26,415 nucleotides of DNA from Candidatus Calditenuaceae archaeon HR02 (GTDB taxonomy: Archaea > Thermoproteota > Nitrososphaeria_A > Caldarchaeales > Calditenuaceae): positions 1-26,415 of the forward strand of contig BEHE01000020.1 in NCBI GenBank assembly GCA_002898395.1, given 5' to 3'. This document shows, piece after piece, positions 26,023 to 26,415 of this stretch. Every line of letters begins with the position of its first letter. Positions within the stretch are counted from its first letter, which is position 1. Below the pieces are notes generated by a model. The model did no database searches and was not told the origin of the DNA. It saw nothing but the letters and a program-made list of their open reading frames with translations. The position numbers and the translations under genes were made by a program.

Positions 26023-26311
26023 TCATCATAGTCCTTCTACTACTCTATGATCTTCCCATCCCTAAATCTCATGATACTTATAGTCCTAACAGATATCTTC
26101 TTGCTTGTAGGAGGCAGTCCCATCAGCTCACCACGAGTTGACTCCGACACTGCCATGCGATAGCATAGCTTGTCATCAGAGTGAAGATCACATCCACATG
26201 GATATGCATGTCAGGAAAAGCGTTCTGCATATTACGGATGATCCGTATCCAAGCCTCACTTGTCAGATCGCCGATCCCTCCATTTCCAGGATAGGCAAAG
26301 CCCCCTGTCAT
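26005..26311 (-). pseudogene. SnoaL-like ester cyclase (NTF2-like) remnant
   Basis: NAFPDMHIHVDVIF, a frameshift near 26182, then SDDKLCYRMAVSESTRGELMGLPPTSKKISVRTISIMRFRDGKIIE**KDYDELGML. Matches the ester-cyclase pattern AFPD...GDKV...GxLMGIPPTGK...DGKIVEEW..YD.LGM. Confidence 0.8.
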
Positions 26312-26319
26312 TAGAGCTG

Positions 26320-26415
26320 TTAAGTTGGTTTTATTGTTTTGTTTATGGCCTGGTTTTCCTTTCTTCTTTCATGGGTTTTCTTGATGGTCTCTGGGACTCC
26401 GGTGCCTATCGTCCT
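26320..26415 (-). CDS. Possible 3' end of a gene entering from beyond the window
   Basis: Open frame RTIGTGVPETIKKTHERRKENQAINKTIKPT* ending at TAA 26320-26322; no family recognised. Confidence 0.25.
   Translation of the reverse strand, partial: RTIGTGVPETIKKTHERRKENQAINKTIKPT

Noticed and set aside
1-26415. tRNA, rRNA, CRISPR arrays, transposases, integrases or defence systems
   Set aside because: No cloverleaf, spaced direct-repeat array or recombinase/nuclease motif was recognised by eye; intergenic spaces are short. A covariance-model scan would be needed to exclude small RNAs fully.

Overview
Archaeal chromosomal region, probably from a thermophilic TACK-group archaeon. An Aigarchaeota/Caldarchaeales-like origin is inferred from the archaeal ribosomal proteins, the PoK/PPS pantothenate route, a Thaumarchaeota-like Rieske/cytochrome b pair, F420 genes and AGG-rich codon use. 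Gene order: a decayed small membrane gene; rpl7ae-rps28e-rpl24e, with an L7Ae k-loop covering the rpl7ae start codon; a convergent carA-carB-ndk unit; a divergent ACT-domain regulator; an orphan xanthine-dehydrogenase-family Mo subunit; pok-pps-panB-panE-thiL; leuS; an ArsB/NhaD-type permease; a 72-aa orphan; Rieske plus cytochrome b without cytochrome c1; a membrane protein; a CobY-like guanylyltransferase; a stand-alone FbiB-C-terminal (FbiE-like) nitroreductase; cofD, apparently with a non-canonical ATC/ATA start; a DSD1-type PLP enzyme; an M19 dipeptidase; and a terminal region where a SnoaL ester-cyclase pseudogene is fused to an enolase pseudogene. The most interesting candidate system is the cobY-like / fbiE-like / cofD cluster, which suggests a bacterial-style PEP/dehydro-F420 route in an archaeon, possibly with an unusual guanylyltransferase. 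No rRNA, tRNA, CRISPR array or intact mobile element was recognised. All family calls come from motif recognition by eye, not database searches.
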